Assembly: GCA_039794345.1 (NCBI GenBank) | Contig: JBDIVQ010000002.1 | Span: forward strand, 6,558 to 70,557 | From: Phycisphaerae bacterium | GTDB lineage: Bacteria; Planctomycetota; Phycisphaerae; Phycisphaerales; UBA5793 | Direction of reading: 5' to 3' | Length of the DNA stretch: 64,000 nt | In this document: positions 26,919 through 35,231 of the stretch, in pieces | Numbering within the stretch: the stretch's first letter is position 1 | How the letters are laid out: each line of letters starts with the position of its first letter | Translations under genes and position numbers: made by a program | The notes under the pieces: model-generated | What the model was told of the DNA's origin: nothing | The model's input: the letters and a program-made list of their open reading frames with translations, nothing else | Databases searched by the model: none

Positions 26919-27389
26919 TCAGATCGTGGTGACATTGGCGACGAGCATGCAGGCGCGAATCACCGCGTCGAGTTCGCCGCGCTGACCCGCGTCGATCTCG
27001 TCGAGGCTCTTCTCGAAGATGCGCTCGGCCAGCGCCCGCCGCGTGTTGTCGATGTCGATGGGCTGGAGGCTGTAGGTCGGTGCGTAGTTGTCGCCGACCG
27101 AGACATTCGCGCTGCCAGTCTTGTAGGCGGTCAGGCCGTTCTCAAAGTCGTGCTCGGCGAAGGCGTGGACCTGCCTGCGAACCGAGTTGATCTCGATGTA
27201 AAGGTTGCTGATCCGCACGCCGGCGTGGATCACCGGCGACTTGCCGTTGGCGTGGTCGCGATCCCAGAAGGCGAGGATCTCCTCGTCGGTGTAGCCTTTG
27301 CGCCGCAGGTGGTCGAGGTCGCTGACCGAGTGCATCGGGTGCTCGCGCAGGCGTGTGCTCAGGTCGTTCTTCTTCGATTGCTTCGTCAT
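26919..27389 (-). CDS. hypothetical protein (first gene of the minus-strand block)
   Basis: Start is the internal ATG at 27389. MTKQSKKNDLSTRLREHPMHSVSDLDHLRRKGYTDEEILAFWDRDHANGKSPVIHAG... Confidence 0.5.
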   Translation of the reverse strand: MTKQSKKNDLSTRLREHPMHSVSDLDHLRRKGYTDEEILAFWDRDHANGKSPVIHAGVRISNLYIEINSVRRQVHAFAEHDFENGLTAYKTGSANVSVGDNYAPTYSLQPIDIDNTRRALAERIFEKSLDEIDAGQRGELDAVIRACMLVANVTTI

Positions 27390-27690
27390 GGTGTTGGCTC
27401 CTTTCGCCGTTGTTCGCGGGCGGCGTACTCCGCCTCGCATTGCACACATGAGGGCATGAACAGCGCGACAATGCAAGGGCAATTGCCGAGGATTCCAGCA
27501 CATTTCGCAGATTGTGGGGAAGTGCCGATCAATGTGGGGAACCTCGCCGCCGACAGCGCGCCATGTGCTAGGAATCTGCTAGGCCGGGCCGAACATCGCG
27601 CCGTGTTGGCCCACGTTGGGCCGCGCTCGCGGGTGGTACAACGCCTCGACTCGCGCGCGCCAGGCGCGACGTGCGCTACGGAGGGCCGCC

Positions 27691-27945
27691 GTGCCTACGC
27701 CGCGTGACGACCAGCCCGATCGCCCGGGCGGCCTCAACCCGGCCGCTCTATCGGTGACCGACACGGCGCGGCTGTTGACGCGCGTCGGCGGTCAGGCGAT
27801 CAGCGAGGCGATGATCGAGCGCGACATCGACGACGGCGCGCCGACCAATGGCGACGGCACGATCAATCTGGTGCATTTCGCCGCGTGGCTCGTGCGCGAC
27901 ATGGCCGAACGCGGCAGCCCCGGTGGAGGCGATCGTGGCGATTGA
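27691..27945 (+). CDS. candidate terminase small subunit (HTH)
   Basis: GTG 27691 has GGAGGG 6 nt upstream. LSVTDTARLLTRVGGQAISEAMIERDID...INLVHFAAWLV. Lies directly upstream of and overlapping the large terminase. Confidence 0.45.
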   Translation: MPTPRDDQPDRPGGLNPAALSVTDTARLLTRVGGQAISEAMIERDIDDGAPTNGDGTINLVHFAAWLVRDMAERGSPGGGDRGD

Positions 27946-30232
27946 CCCGCGCAGCCTCAAGCCCGGCGAACTCTGCCGCCTGCTCAACTCGACTCCGCTG
28001 GGGGAGGTAATCGGCGAGCGGCAACTCCACCGCCACCGCACCCGCGCCGGCTATCGCATCGGCGACGGGAAGACTGTCGATCTGCTCCGCTACACCGCGT
28101 GGCTGGTCATCGAGCGCCACGAACGGCTCAGTGCGGACGAGTCCACCGAGGATGAGTCGTTCGATGAGGTCGTGCGGCGCGACCGCGACCTGCCAGACTC
28201 TTTCACCGGCCGGGACATCGACGCCCTCCCTGAAATCATCAATCCGGCCCGCAAGGAAGCGTGCCGCCGCAACTTCCGCCTCTTCTGCGAGACCTACTTC
28301 CCGCAGACATTCCACCTCGCGTGGTCGCCCGACCACCTCAAGGTCATCGCAAGGATCGAGCAGGCCGTCCTCGAAGGCGGTCTCTTCGCGATGGCCATGC
28401 CGCGCGGCAGCGGCAAAACGTCCATGTGCGAGATCGCCTGCCTCTGGGCTCTGCTCTATGGCCACCGCGAGTTCATCGCCCTCATCGGCTCGGATGAAGA
28501 GCACGCGGGCCAGATGCTCGAATCGATCAAGGCCGAACTGGAGAACAACGAGGCCCTCCTCGAAGACTTCTCCGAGGCGTGCTTTCCGATCCACTGTCTC
28601 GACGGCATCCACCAGCGCGCCGCCGGGCAACTCTTCGAGGGCAACCAGACGCACATTGGATGGACGGCCCACGAGATCGTTCTGCCCTCGGTGCCGCGCT
28701 CACTCGCATCCGGCGGCATCATCCGCGTCGCCGGCATCACCGGCCGTATCCGCGGCATGAAGTACAAACGCCCCGATGGTCGCAGCGTCCGCCCCTCGCT
28801 GGTCCTCATCGATGATCCGCAGACCGACGAATCAGCGCGATCGCCCTCGCAGTGCGCCACCCGCGAACGCATCCTCGCCGGCGCCATCCTCGGTCTGGCC
28901 GGCCCAGGCCGCAAGATCGCCGGCCTCATGACACTCACGGTCGTGCGCCCCGACGACCTGGCGGACCGTCTGCTCGATCGCGATAGGCACCCGCAGTGGC
29001 AGGGGCAGCGCACGAAGATGGTCTACTCCTTCCCGAGCCGCGAGCAGCTGTGGGCGGAGTACGCGCGGCTGCGGGCCGAGGGACTGCGCGCCGACGCCGG
29101 GATCACCCGCGCCACCGAGTTCTACGGCGAGAACCGTGCCGAGATGGATGATGGCGCCGAGGTCGCGTGGCCGGACCGGTTCAACCATGATGAACTCAGC
29201 GCTGTCCAGCATGCGATGAACCTGCGGCTTCAGGATGAGGCCGCATTCTGGGCTGAGTATCAGAACGAGCCATTGCCCGAGAGCACCGCACTCGACGAGG
29301 ATCTGCTCACTGCCGAGCAGATCTGCGCCAAAGTGAACGGCCACGGGCGTGGCGAGGTGCCCATCGGTTCATCATTGCTGACCATGTTCATCGACGTGCA
29401 GGCCAAGGCGCTCTTCTGGCTCGTGGTGGCCTGGGAAGAGGATTTCACCGGCAACGTGATCGACTACGGCACCGAGCCGGACCAGAAGGACCCCCACGCG
29501 TACTTCACACTCCGCGACATCCGCCGCACACTCGCGGCCGCTTCGCCACGCGCGGGTCTCGAAGGTGCGGTCTACGCCGGGCTGGAGCGCCTCACCGATG
29601 CGATGCTCGGCCGAGAATGGAAACGCGATGACGGCGCCATGGTGCGCATCGACCGCTGCCTGATCGACGCCAACTGGGGCCAGTCGTCGGATGTCGTCTA
29701 CCAGTTCTGCCGCCAGAGCAGGCACGCCAACCTCGTCCTGCCCAGCCACGGCCGGTACGTCGGCGCTTCGAGCATTCCCTTCAGCGAGTACAAACGCAAG
29801 CGAGGCGACCGCGTCGGCCTGAACTGGCGCATCCCCGTCATCACTGGCAAGCGTGCCGTGCGCCACGTCGTCTTCGACACCAACTACTGGAAGTCATTCG
29901 TGCACGCTCGGCTGGCGGTGCCGATGGGCGATCCGGGATGTCTCTCGCTGTTCGGGCGCACCGGCGGGCCATCGAATCGCACCGCGACCAACCACCAACT
30001 CCTCGCCGAGCACCTCACGAGCGAGTACCGCGTGAAGACGCAGGGCCGGGGCCGGACCGTCGATGAGTGGAAACTCCGCGTGGACGGCCTCGACAACCAC
30101 TGGCTCGACTGCCTGGTCGGCTGCGCCGTCGCCGCGTCGATGCACGGCGCCGTCCTCTACGGCACCGACACGCGGCCCGCGCCGCGCCGCCGTATCCGCC
30201 TCTCCGAACTCCAGGGAGGGAGGCGGCGATGA
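27935..30232 (+). CDS. terminase large subunit (GpA-like)
   Basis: Walker A (GLFAMAMPRGSGKTSMCEIA) and Walker B (SLVLIDDPQTDESA), with a C-terminal nuclease-like region. The GTG 27935 start (GGAGG upstream) is preferred over ATG 27848 because the first 29 aa of the track ORF look out of frame. Confidence 0.85.
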   Translation: MAIDPRSLKPGELCRLLNSTPLGEVIGERQLHRHRTRAGYRIGDGKTVDLLRYTAWLVIERHERLSADESTEDESFDEVVRRDRDLPDSFTGRDIDALPEIINPARKEACRRNFRLFCETYFPQTFHLAWSPDHLKVIARIEQAVLEGGLFAMAMPRGSGKTSMCEIACLWALLYGHREFIALIGSDEEHAGQMLESIKAELENNEALLEDFSEACFPIHCLDGIHQRAAGQLFEGNQTHIGWTAHEIVLPSVPRSLASGGIIRVAGITGRIRGMKYKRPDGRSVRPSLVLIDDPQTDESARSPSQCATRERILAGAILGLAGPGRKIAGLMTLTVVRPDDLADRLLDRDRHPQWQGQRTKMVYSFPSREQLWAEYARLRAEGLRADAGITRATEFYGENRAEMDDGAEVAWPDRFNHDELSAVQHAMNLRLQDEAAFWAEYQNEPLPESTALDEDLLTAEQICAKVNGHGRGEVPIGSSLLTMFIDVQAKALFWLVVAWEEDFTGNVIDYGTEPDQKDPHAYFTLRDIRRTLAAASPRAGLEGAVYAGLERLTDAMLGREWKRDDGAMVRIDRCLIDANWGQSSDVVYQFCRQSRHANLVLPSHGRYVGASSIPFSEYKRKRGDRVGLNWRIPVITGKRAVRHVVFDTNYWKSFVHARLAVPMGDPGCLSLFGRTGGPSNRTATNHQLLAEHLTSEYRVKTQGRGRTVDEWKLRVDGLDNHWLDCLVGCAVAASMHGAVLYGTDTRPAPRRRIRLSELQGGRRR

Positions 30233-30423
30233 ACGAAACAACCACCAGCCCGAAGCGCGACCCCGAGCCGCGGGGGATTCGCTGCCCAAGGTGCGGGTGC
30301 GGCCACTTCGAGGTCGTCTACACCCGCCGCATTCCCGGCGGGGCGATCCGGAGGCGGCGGGAGTGCCGGTATTGCGGGAGAAGGGTGACGACCACGGAAC
30401 GGATCTCCGGGATGGCCACATAG
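30229..30423 (+). CDS. small zinc-ribbon protein (NrdR-N-terminus-like)
   Basis: IRCPRCGCGHFEVVYTRRIPGGAIRRRRECRYCGRRVTTTE. ATGA overlap with the terminase stop. Confidence 0.55.
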   Translation: MNETTTSPKRDPEPRGIRCPRCGCGHFEVVYTRRIPGGAIRRRRECRYCGRRVTTTERISGMAT

Positions 30424-30511
30424 GGGACTAATCCTCTTGCAATCCCGCACAAAACCCGTTACACTCACCCAGCCTGCTTTTCACTTGCGCTGGCCCGCAA
30501 GGAGAGACGCC

Positions 30512-32275
30512 ATGCCTTCACCCACCCGCCACGCCGATCGTCTTGGGTCGACGCTGCTGATTCTCCTTACCCTCCTCGCGGCCGCCTTTGCCTCCGCGCG
30601 GTCGCTCGCCGGTCCCCCCAGCGAGATCGCCCGCAAGGTCATGCCCTCCGTCGTGCTCATTACGACCGAGGATGACAAGGGGCAAGCCCTCGCGCGCGGC
30701 AGCGGCTTCGTCGTCGCCGAAGGCGTCATCGCCACCAACCTCCACGTCATCCGCAGCGCCTCCAGAGCCTTCGTCAAGGTCGTGAATGGAGAGACGCCAC
30801 TGGAAGTCCTCGGCGTCGTGGCCGAGAACCGGCAGTGGGATCTCGTCCTCCTGGCCGTGAAGGATCTCAACGCCCCGCCTCTGCCGATCGGCGACAGCGC
30901 TGCGCTCCAGGTCGGCGATGATGTCTACGCCGTCGGCAATCCACACGGCCTGGAAGGGACATTCTCCGCCGGCATCGTCAGCAGCATCCGGCGAATCGAG
31001 GCCGACGCCCTCCTCCAGATCACCGCCCCCATCTCCCCCGGCAGCAGCGGCGGACCGATCGTCAACAAAGATGCGGAGGTGGTGGGGGTTGCGACACTGT
31101 CGGTACAGGAGGGACAGAACCTAAACTTTGCCGTCGCGGCTGCGCAACTTGCAGAACTATTGGCAACACGCACTGACCCAATACCTCTGCAGGCAGCAAA
31201 TGGTCCAACAGAAGAGACACTTACGCCAGCGAGTGACTCAGGCCTGCGGGCTCACTATCAAGCCAAAAAGCAAGCAGCTGACGAGGGGGACGTTGAGGCG
31301 ATCTACCACGTTGGTGTGTTCTACTTGACCGGACTCGGGGTTGATCGTGATGTGTTCGAAGCCCTGCGGTACTTCCGACTCGCGGCAAGCATGGGGCACT
31401 CTGGCGCTATGTTCACCCTTGGTGCGATCTACGAACGGGGGAATGACGTAGACCGGGACGCTCGCGAAGCGATCATGTGGTATCGGAAGGCGGCGGATCT
31501 TGGGTGCACGTGGTCAATGTGCAATCTCGCCGTCATGTATGAGGCAGGAGATGGCGTACCGATCGATTCGACGGAAGCAGTTAGGTGGTATCACAGAGCG
31601 GCCGATCTTGGTAACACTTCGGCGATGTTCAACCTCGGCCTGATGTACGACACCGGCGAGGGTGTATCGGAGGATGATTCCGAGGCGATCAAGTGGTATC
31701 GCAAAGCCGCGGGCCTTGGACATACCGGGGCGATATTCAACCTCGGCCTGATGTATGACAATGGCGAGGGGGTGGTGGAGGATGATCGCGAGGCGCTCAA
31801 GTGGTACCGGAAGGCCGCGGACCTGGGACATACCGGGGCGATGACCATCCTCGGCTTAATGTACGCCAAGGGTGAGGGCGTCGCACAGGATGATCGCGAC
31901 GCAGTCGAGTGGCTTCGCAAGGCCGCGGACCTGGGAAATTCCCGGGCGATGTTCAATCTCGGCGTGATGTACGACCAGGACAGGGGCACATATCAGAACG
32001 ACTCCGAGGCGGTGAGATGGTATCGCAACGCGGCTGATCTGGGGCATGTCAAAGCTATGTTCAATCTCGGCACGATGTATGCCGAAGGCGAGGGTGTGAT
32101 CCAAGACGACATTGAGGCGTACGCGTGGTTCTCGGTCGCCTCGGCCCTTGGGCTGGCGGAAGCACGAGAACCGCGAGACCTCGTCGCCACGCGGCTCACG
32201 GCAGAGGCTCGATTGACGGCCCAGGCTCGCGCAAAGGAACGCTTCGAGCGAATCGAGAAGTCCATGAACAGGTGA
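30512..32275 (+). CDS. secreted trypsin-like (S1) serine protease fused to about 9 Sel1 repeats
   Basis: aaggagag RBS and a signal peptide (LLILLTLLAAAFASARSLAG). Catalytic triad contexts ATNLHVI, WDLVLLAV and SPGSSGGPIV. Tandem Sel1 units from about 31260 to 32150 (AMFNLGLMYDTGEGVSEDDSEAIKWYRKAAGLGHTG and similar). Confidence 0.85.
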   Translation: MPSPTRHADRLGSTLLILLTLLAAAFASARSLAGPPSEIARKVMPSVVLITTEDDKGQALARGSGFVVAEGVIATNLHVIRSASRAFVKVVNGETPLEVLGVVAENRQWDLVLLAVKDLNAPPLPIGDSAALQVGDDVYAVGNPHGLEGTFSAGIVSSIRRIEADALLQITAPISPGSSGGPIVNKDAEVVGVATLSVQEGQNLNFAVAAAQLAELLATRTDPIPLQAANGPTEETLTPASDSGLRAHYQAKKQAADEGDVEAIYHVGVFYLTGLGVDRDVFEALRYFRLAASMGHSGAMFTLGAIYERGNDVDRDAREAIMWYRKAADLGCTWSMCNLAVMYEAGDGVPIDSTEAVRWYHRAADLGNTSAMFNLGLMYDTGEGVSEDDSEAIKWYRKAAGLGHTGAIFNLGLMYDNGEGVVEDDREALKWYRKAADLGHTGAMTILGLMYAKGEGVAQDDRDAVEWLRKAADLGNSRAMFNLGVMYDQDRGTYQNDSEAVRWYRNAADLGHVKAMFNLGTMYAEGEGVIQDDIEAYAWFSVASALGLAEAREPRDLVATRLTAEARLTAQARAKERFERIEKSMNR

Positions 32276-32312
32276 GCCCCCACTTCAGTGACGGAACCTT
32301 CGGACGAGCGAC

Positions 32313-33083
32313 GTGACCAGACTCCTTGACTCTGATGACGAGTATCTGATTGCTCGCACTACGGCTGCTGCGAGAGAACTGATTCAGTTTTGGCATGCCC
32401 ACCAGAAAGCGATGACATCGGGGCCGAAAGCGGCCGGCACATTGTTCGTTCACGCCACAAACTGCTGGCTTTGTGTCTGCAAGCTGCTTCGCGGCTGCGC
32501 GAACACCACAGAGGCGGAGTGCTTCGGCAATGGGGCAGCGGCGGTTCTCCGTTGCCTGCACGACGCCTGCCTTCAACTCGAGTACATTCTCAAAGGGGAT
32601 GCAAAGAAGCAACTGACATCTGATCAGCTTGGCACACTCTATCTCAATTATGAACACGTAGAGCGCTTTCGCTGGATGTCGCGAATCGACTCGTTCACGA
32701 GCGATCTGGCTCGGCATGTGTCGGGCTCGGGAAAGCGCGGCGTTGCGGAGCCACTCATCAAAGCGGCCTATGAACGAGTGGAGGGCGACTACCCAAAGAA
32801 GACTCAATGGTATTCGCAGGCATTGGTCGACATAGCCAAGATCCTTGGTCGTGAAGAGGAGCACTTCTGGTTCCTTGCGACGTACAACAGTTCGGTTCAC
32901 GGGGGCCCAATGGCTGCACTCCATGGGCCGGCACCTTCTGGCGCGGACTCGTACATAGTGGCGAAATGCCTTCTCATTCGAGCCGGAAAAGCACTACATG
33001 ACGCGATCGGGGCTTCGCTCTCTGATGAGAGCAAAGAGGTCTTTGAGGCAACGCCAAGCATCCTTGAGCGGCCAACCGAGTGA
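32313..33083 (+). CDS. hypothetical protein (moron partner of the protease-Sel1 gene)
   Basis: GTG start and lower GC. LIARTTAAARELIQFWHAHQKAM...LQLEYILKGDAKKQLTSDQLGTLYLNYEHVERFRWMSRI... is more protein-like than the overlapping minus ORF 32196..32924. Confidence 0.5.
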   Translation: MTRLLDSDDEYLIARTTAAARELIQFWHAHQKAMTSGPKAAGTLFVHATNCWLCVCKLLRGCANTTEAECFGNGAAAVLRCLHDACLQLEYILKGDAKKQLTSDQLGTLYLNYEHVERFRWMSRIDSFTSDLARHVSGSGKRGVAEPLIKAAYERVEGDYPKKTQWYSQALVDIAKILGREEEHFWFLATYNSSVHGGPMAALHGPAPSGADSYIVAKCLLIRAGKALHDAIGASLSDESKEVFEATPSILERPTE

Positions 33084-33525
33084 CGCGATCATGCTCAGCG
33101 GGACTCGGCTGGCAGGCAACAGGGATTGCATCGAGGACTTGCGATGCGCACCTCGGGCTCAGATTCGGTGCAACAAATGAGCTGCGCGCCACCTGTCCAT
33201 CGTGCGCACGAGGCGCTGCTTCTCGTGTTCGTGTCTACCCGTGTAACGACTTCGCGCCCACCCCTCCCCATCCGCAATCCCTGAGCCTTTCATCCGTCCG
33301 TACCTGACGGATGGACCATGCACTTCCACCTCTGGGTGACCCCGGCCGACTCGTGATCGAGTTGCGCTTTGTCCCTGCGCCTGATCTGGATGACGCGGTG
33401 CAGGAGGCGTGGCTGGCGCACTTGGAGGGGCGACCCGTCGCCACGGCGGTGAACACGTACGCCCAGCGGCAACGCCGGTGGCGCAAACGTATGGCGGTAC
33501 TAATCGACTTCTACGAGGATCAGGG

Positions 33526-33726
33526 ATGGCTGAGTCCGACATCGAGCAGGCGATCAAACAGAGCGCCCAAGGCCCCGCCAAAGCGCAAGGCGACTCGGGC
33601 AGCGTCGAGCAGCACGGCCTCGCGGAGCAGATCGAGGCGGACCGCTACCTCGAGAGCAAGAAGGCGAGCCGGGGCAAGGGGCTGAATGTGAAGTTCGTGC
33701 AACTGGAGCCGCCGGGTACGGCGTGA
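33526..33726 (+). CDS. small head-module protein preceding the portal
   Basis: MAESDIEQAIKQSAQGPAKAQGDSGSVEQHGLAEQIEADRYLESKKASRGKGLNVKFVQLEPPGTA. Very high third-position GC. Overlaps the portal start. Confidence 0.55.
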   Translation: MAESDIEQAIKQSAQGPAKAQGDSGSVEQHGLAEQIEADRYLESKKASRGKGLNVKFVQLEPPGTA

Positions 33727-35231
33727 TGATGCTCAAGCGTCTGGTTTCATCGTGGTTCGGCAGCAGTGGCGGCAAGGCGCCGGCGACGGCGTCGCGTCCG
33801 TCGATGCGAATCGTCCGCGCCAAGTTCGACTCGGCCCAGACCACGACCGACAATCGCCGCCACTGGGCGAACGCCGACGGCCTGTCGCCCAATGCGGCAC
33901 TCTCGCCCGAAGTCCGGCGCATTCTGCGCAACCGGGCCCGCTACGAAGTCGCCAACAACTCCTACGCCAAGGGGATTGTCCTCACACTCGCCAATGACAC
34001 CATCGGGACCGGGCCGCGCCTCCAGATGCTCACGGGCGACACGAAGGCTAACGACCGCATCGAACATGCCTTTGAGCAGTGGTCGCGCGCCATCGACCTG
34101 CCCGAGAAGTTGCGCACCATGCGACTGGCGCGTGCCGAGAGTGGCGAGGTCTTCGGCATTCTCACCAGCAACCCGGCAGTCGATGCTCCAGTCCAACTCG
34201 ATCTGCGACTCGTCGAGCCCGACCAGGTCACGAGTCCGCCGGGCCGCCTGCATCGCGTCGGAGAGGCTGACGGCATCACCTTCGACTCGTTCGGCAACCC
34301 CATCGCCTACACCGTCCTGCGCCGCCATCCTGGTGATGGCGGCGTGTTCGCCTCATCGGGCGACTTCGACACCGTGCCGGCCGCTTCGGTCGTTCACTAT
34401 TACCGTGTCGATCGACCCGGCCAGTGGCGCGGCATTCCCGACATCACACCGGCGTTGCCGCTGTTCGCCCAGTTGCGGCGCTACACGCTCGCGGTCATCG
34501 CCGCTGCGGAAACGGCTGCGGACTTCGCGGCAGTCATCTACACCGACGCTCCTCCCAACGGCGAGGCCGAATCCCTCGAACCGATGGACATCGTCGAACT
34601 CGAGAAGCGTCTGGCGACCGTCCTGCCCGGCGGCTGGAAACTCGGCCAGCTCCATGCCGAGCAGCCTGCGACGACGTACGCCGAGTTCAAGCGGGAGATC
34701 CTCAACGAGATCGCGCGTTGCCTGAACATGCCTTTCAACGTCGCGGCCGGGAATTCCAGCGGGTACAACTACGCCAGCGGCCGGCTCGATCACCAGACCT
34801 ACTACAAGTCCATCCGCGTCGAGCAGAACCACCTCCAGACGGCGGTTCTCGATCGGATTCTCCGCGCCTGGCTCGATGAAGCCGTCCTCGTCGAAGGGTT
34901 GCTGCCCCAGTCGATGCGCCTGAGGGATGTCGCCACGCCGCACACCTGGTTCTGGGATGGGATGGAGCACGTCGATCCCGCCAAGGAAGCCACGGCGCAG
35001 GCCACACGGCTGGCCAACCACACGACGACACTTGCGACTGAATTCGCCCGGCAGGGACGCGACTGGGAAGAGGAACTGCGCCAGCGGGCGCGTGAAGTGA
35101 TGCTCATGAAGGAACTGGGACTGACACCCGCGCAGGCGCAGCCGAGCGCGGACAGCCCCGACGAACCAGATAAGGACGAAGAAGATGGCCAGGAGCAAGA
35201 CGCCAACGCGATCAGCCGCATCGCCGCCTGA
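33723..35231 (+). CDS. portal protein, lambda family
   Basis: TTDNRRHWANADGLSPNAALSPEVRRILRNRARYEVANNSYAKGIVLTLANDTIGTGPRLQ plus a conserved C-terminal half. Sits in the expected position after the terminase. Confidence 0.85.
   Translation: MMMLKRLVSSWFGSSGGKAPATASRPSMRIVRAKFDSAQTTTDNRRHWANADGLSPNAALSPEVRRILRNRARYEVANNSYAKGIVLTLANDTIGTGPRLQMLTGDTKANDRIEHAFEQWSRAIDLPEKLRTMRLARAESGEVFGILTSNPAVDAPVQLDLRLVEPDQVTSPPGRLHRVGEADGITFDSFGNPIAYTVLRRHPGDGGVFASSGDFDTVPAASVVHYYRVDRPGQWRGIPDITPALPLFAQLRRYTLAVIAAAETAADFAAVIYTDAPPNGEAESLEPMDIVELEKRLATVLPGGWKLGQLHAEQPATTYAEFKREILNEIARCLNMPFNVAAGNSSGYNYASGRLDHQTYYKSIRVEQNHLQTAVLDRILRAWLDEAVLVEGLLPQSMRLRDVATPHTWFWDGMEHVDPAKEATAQATRLANHTTTLATEFARQGRDWEEELRQRAREVMLMKELGLTPAQAQPSADSPDEPDKDEEDGQEQDANAISRIAA

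Noticed and set aside
23382-27707. 1441-aa + strand ORF, the longest in the prophage
   Set aside because: Its R/A/G/V-rich, low-complexity translation lies antisense to nine well-formed minus-strand genes (VapBC, the HARE-HTH protein and others). This is a classic high-GC shadow ORF.
32196-32924. 242-aa minus-strand ORF overlapping 32313..33083
   Set aside because: The + strand product has better amino-acid composition and helix-like periodicity and is co-directional with the operon. Confidence is only moderate.
33311-33685. 124-aa + ORF upstream of the portal
   Set aside because: The first ~75 aa look plausible (AVQEAWLAHLEG...). The remainder is Ser/Arg/Ala-rich and overlaps the high-GC3 ORF 33526..33726 in another frame. 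It may be a short gene with an unseen frameshift, so it was not called.
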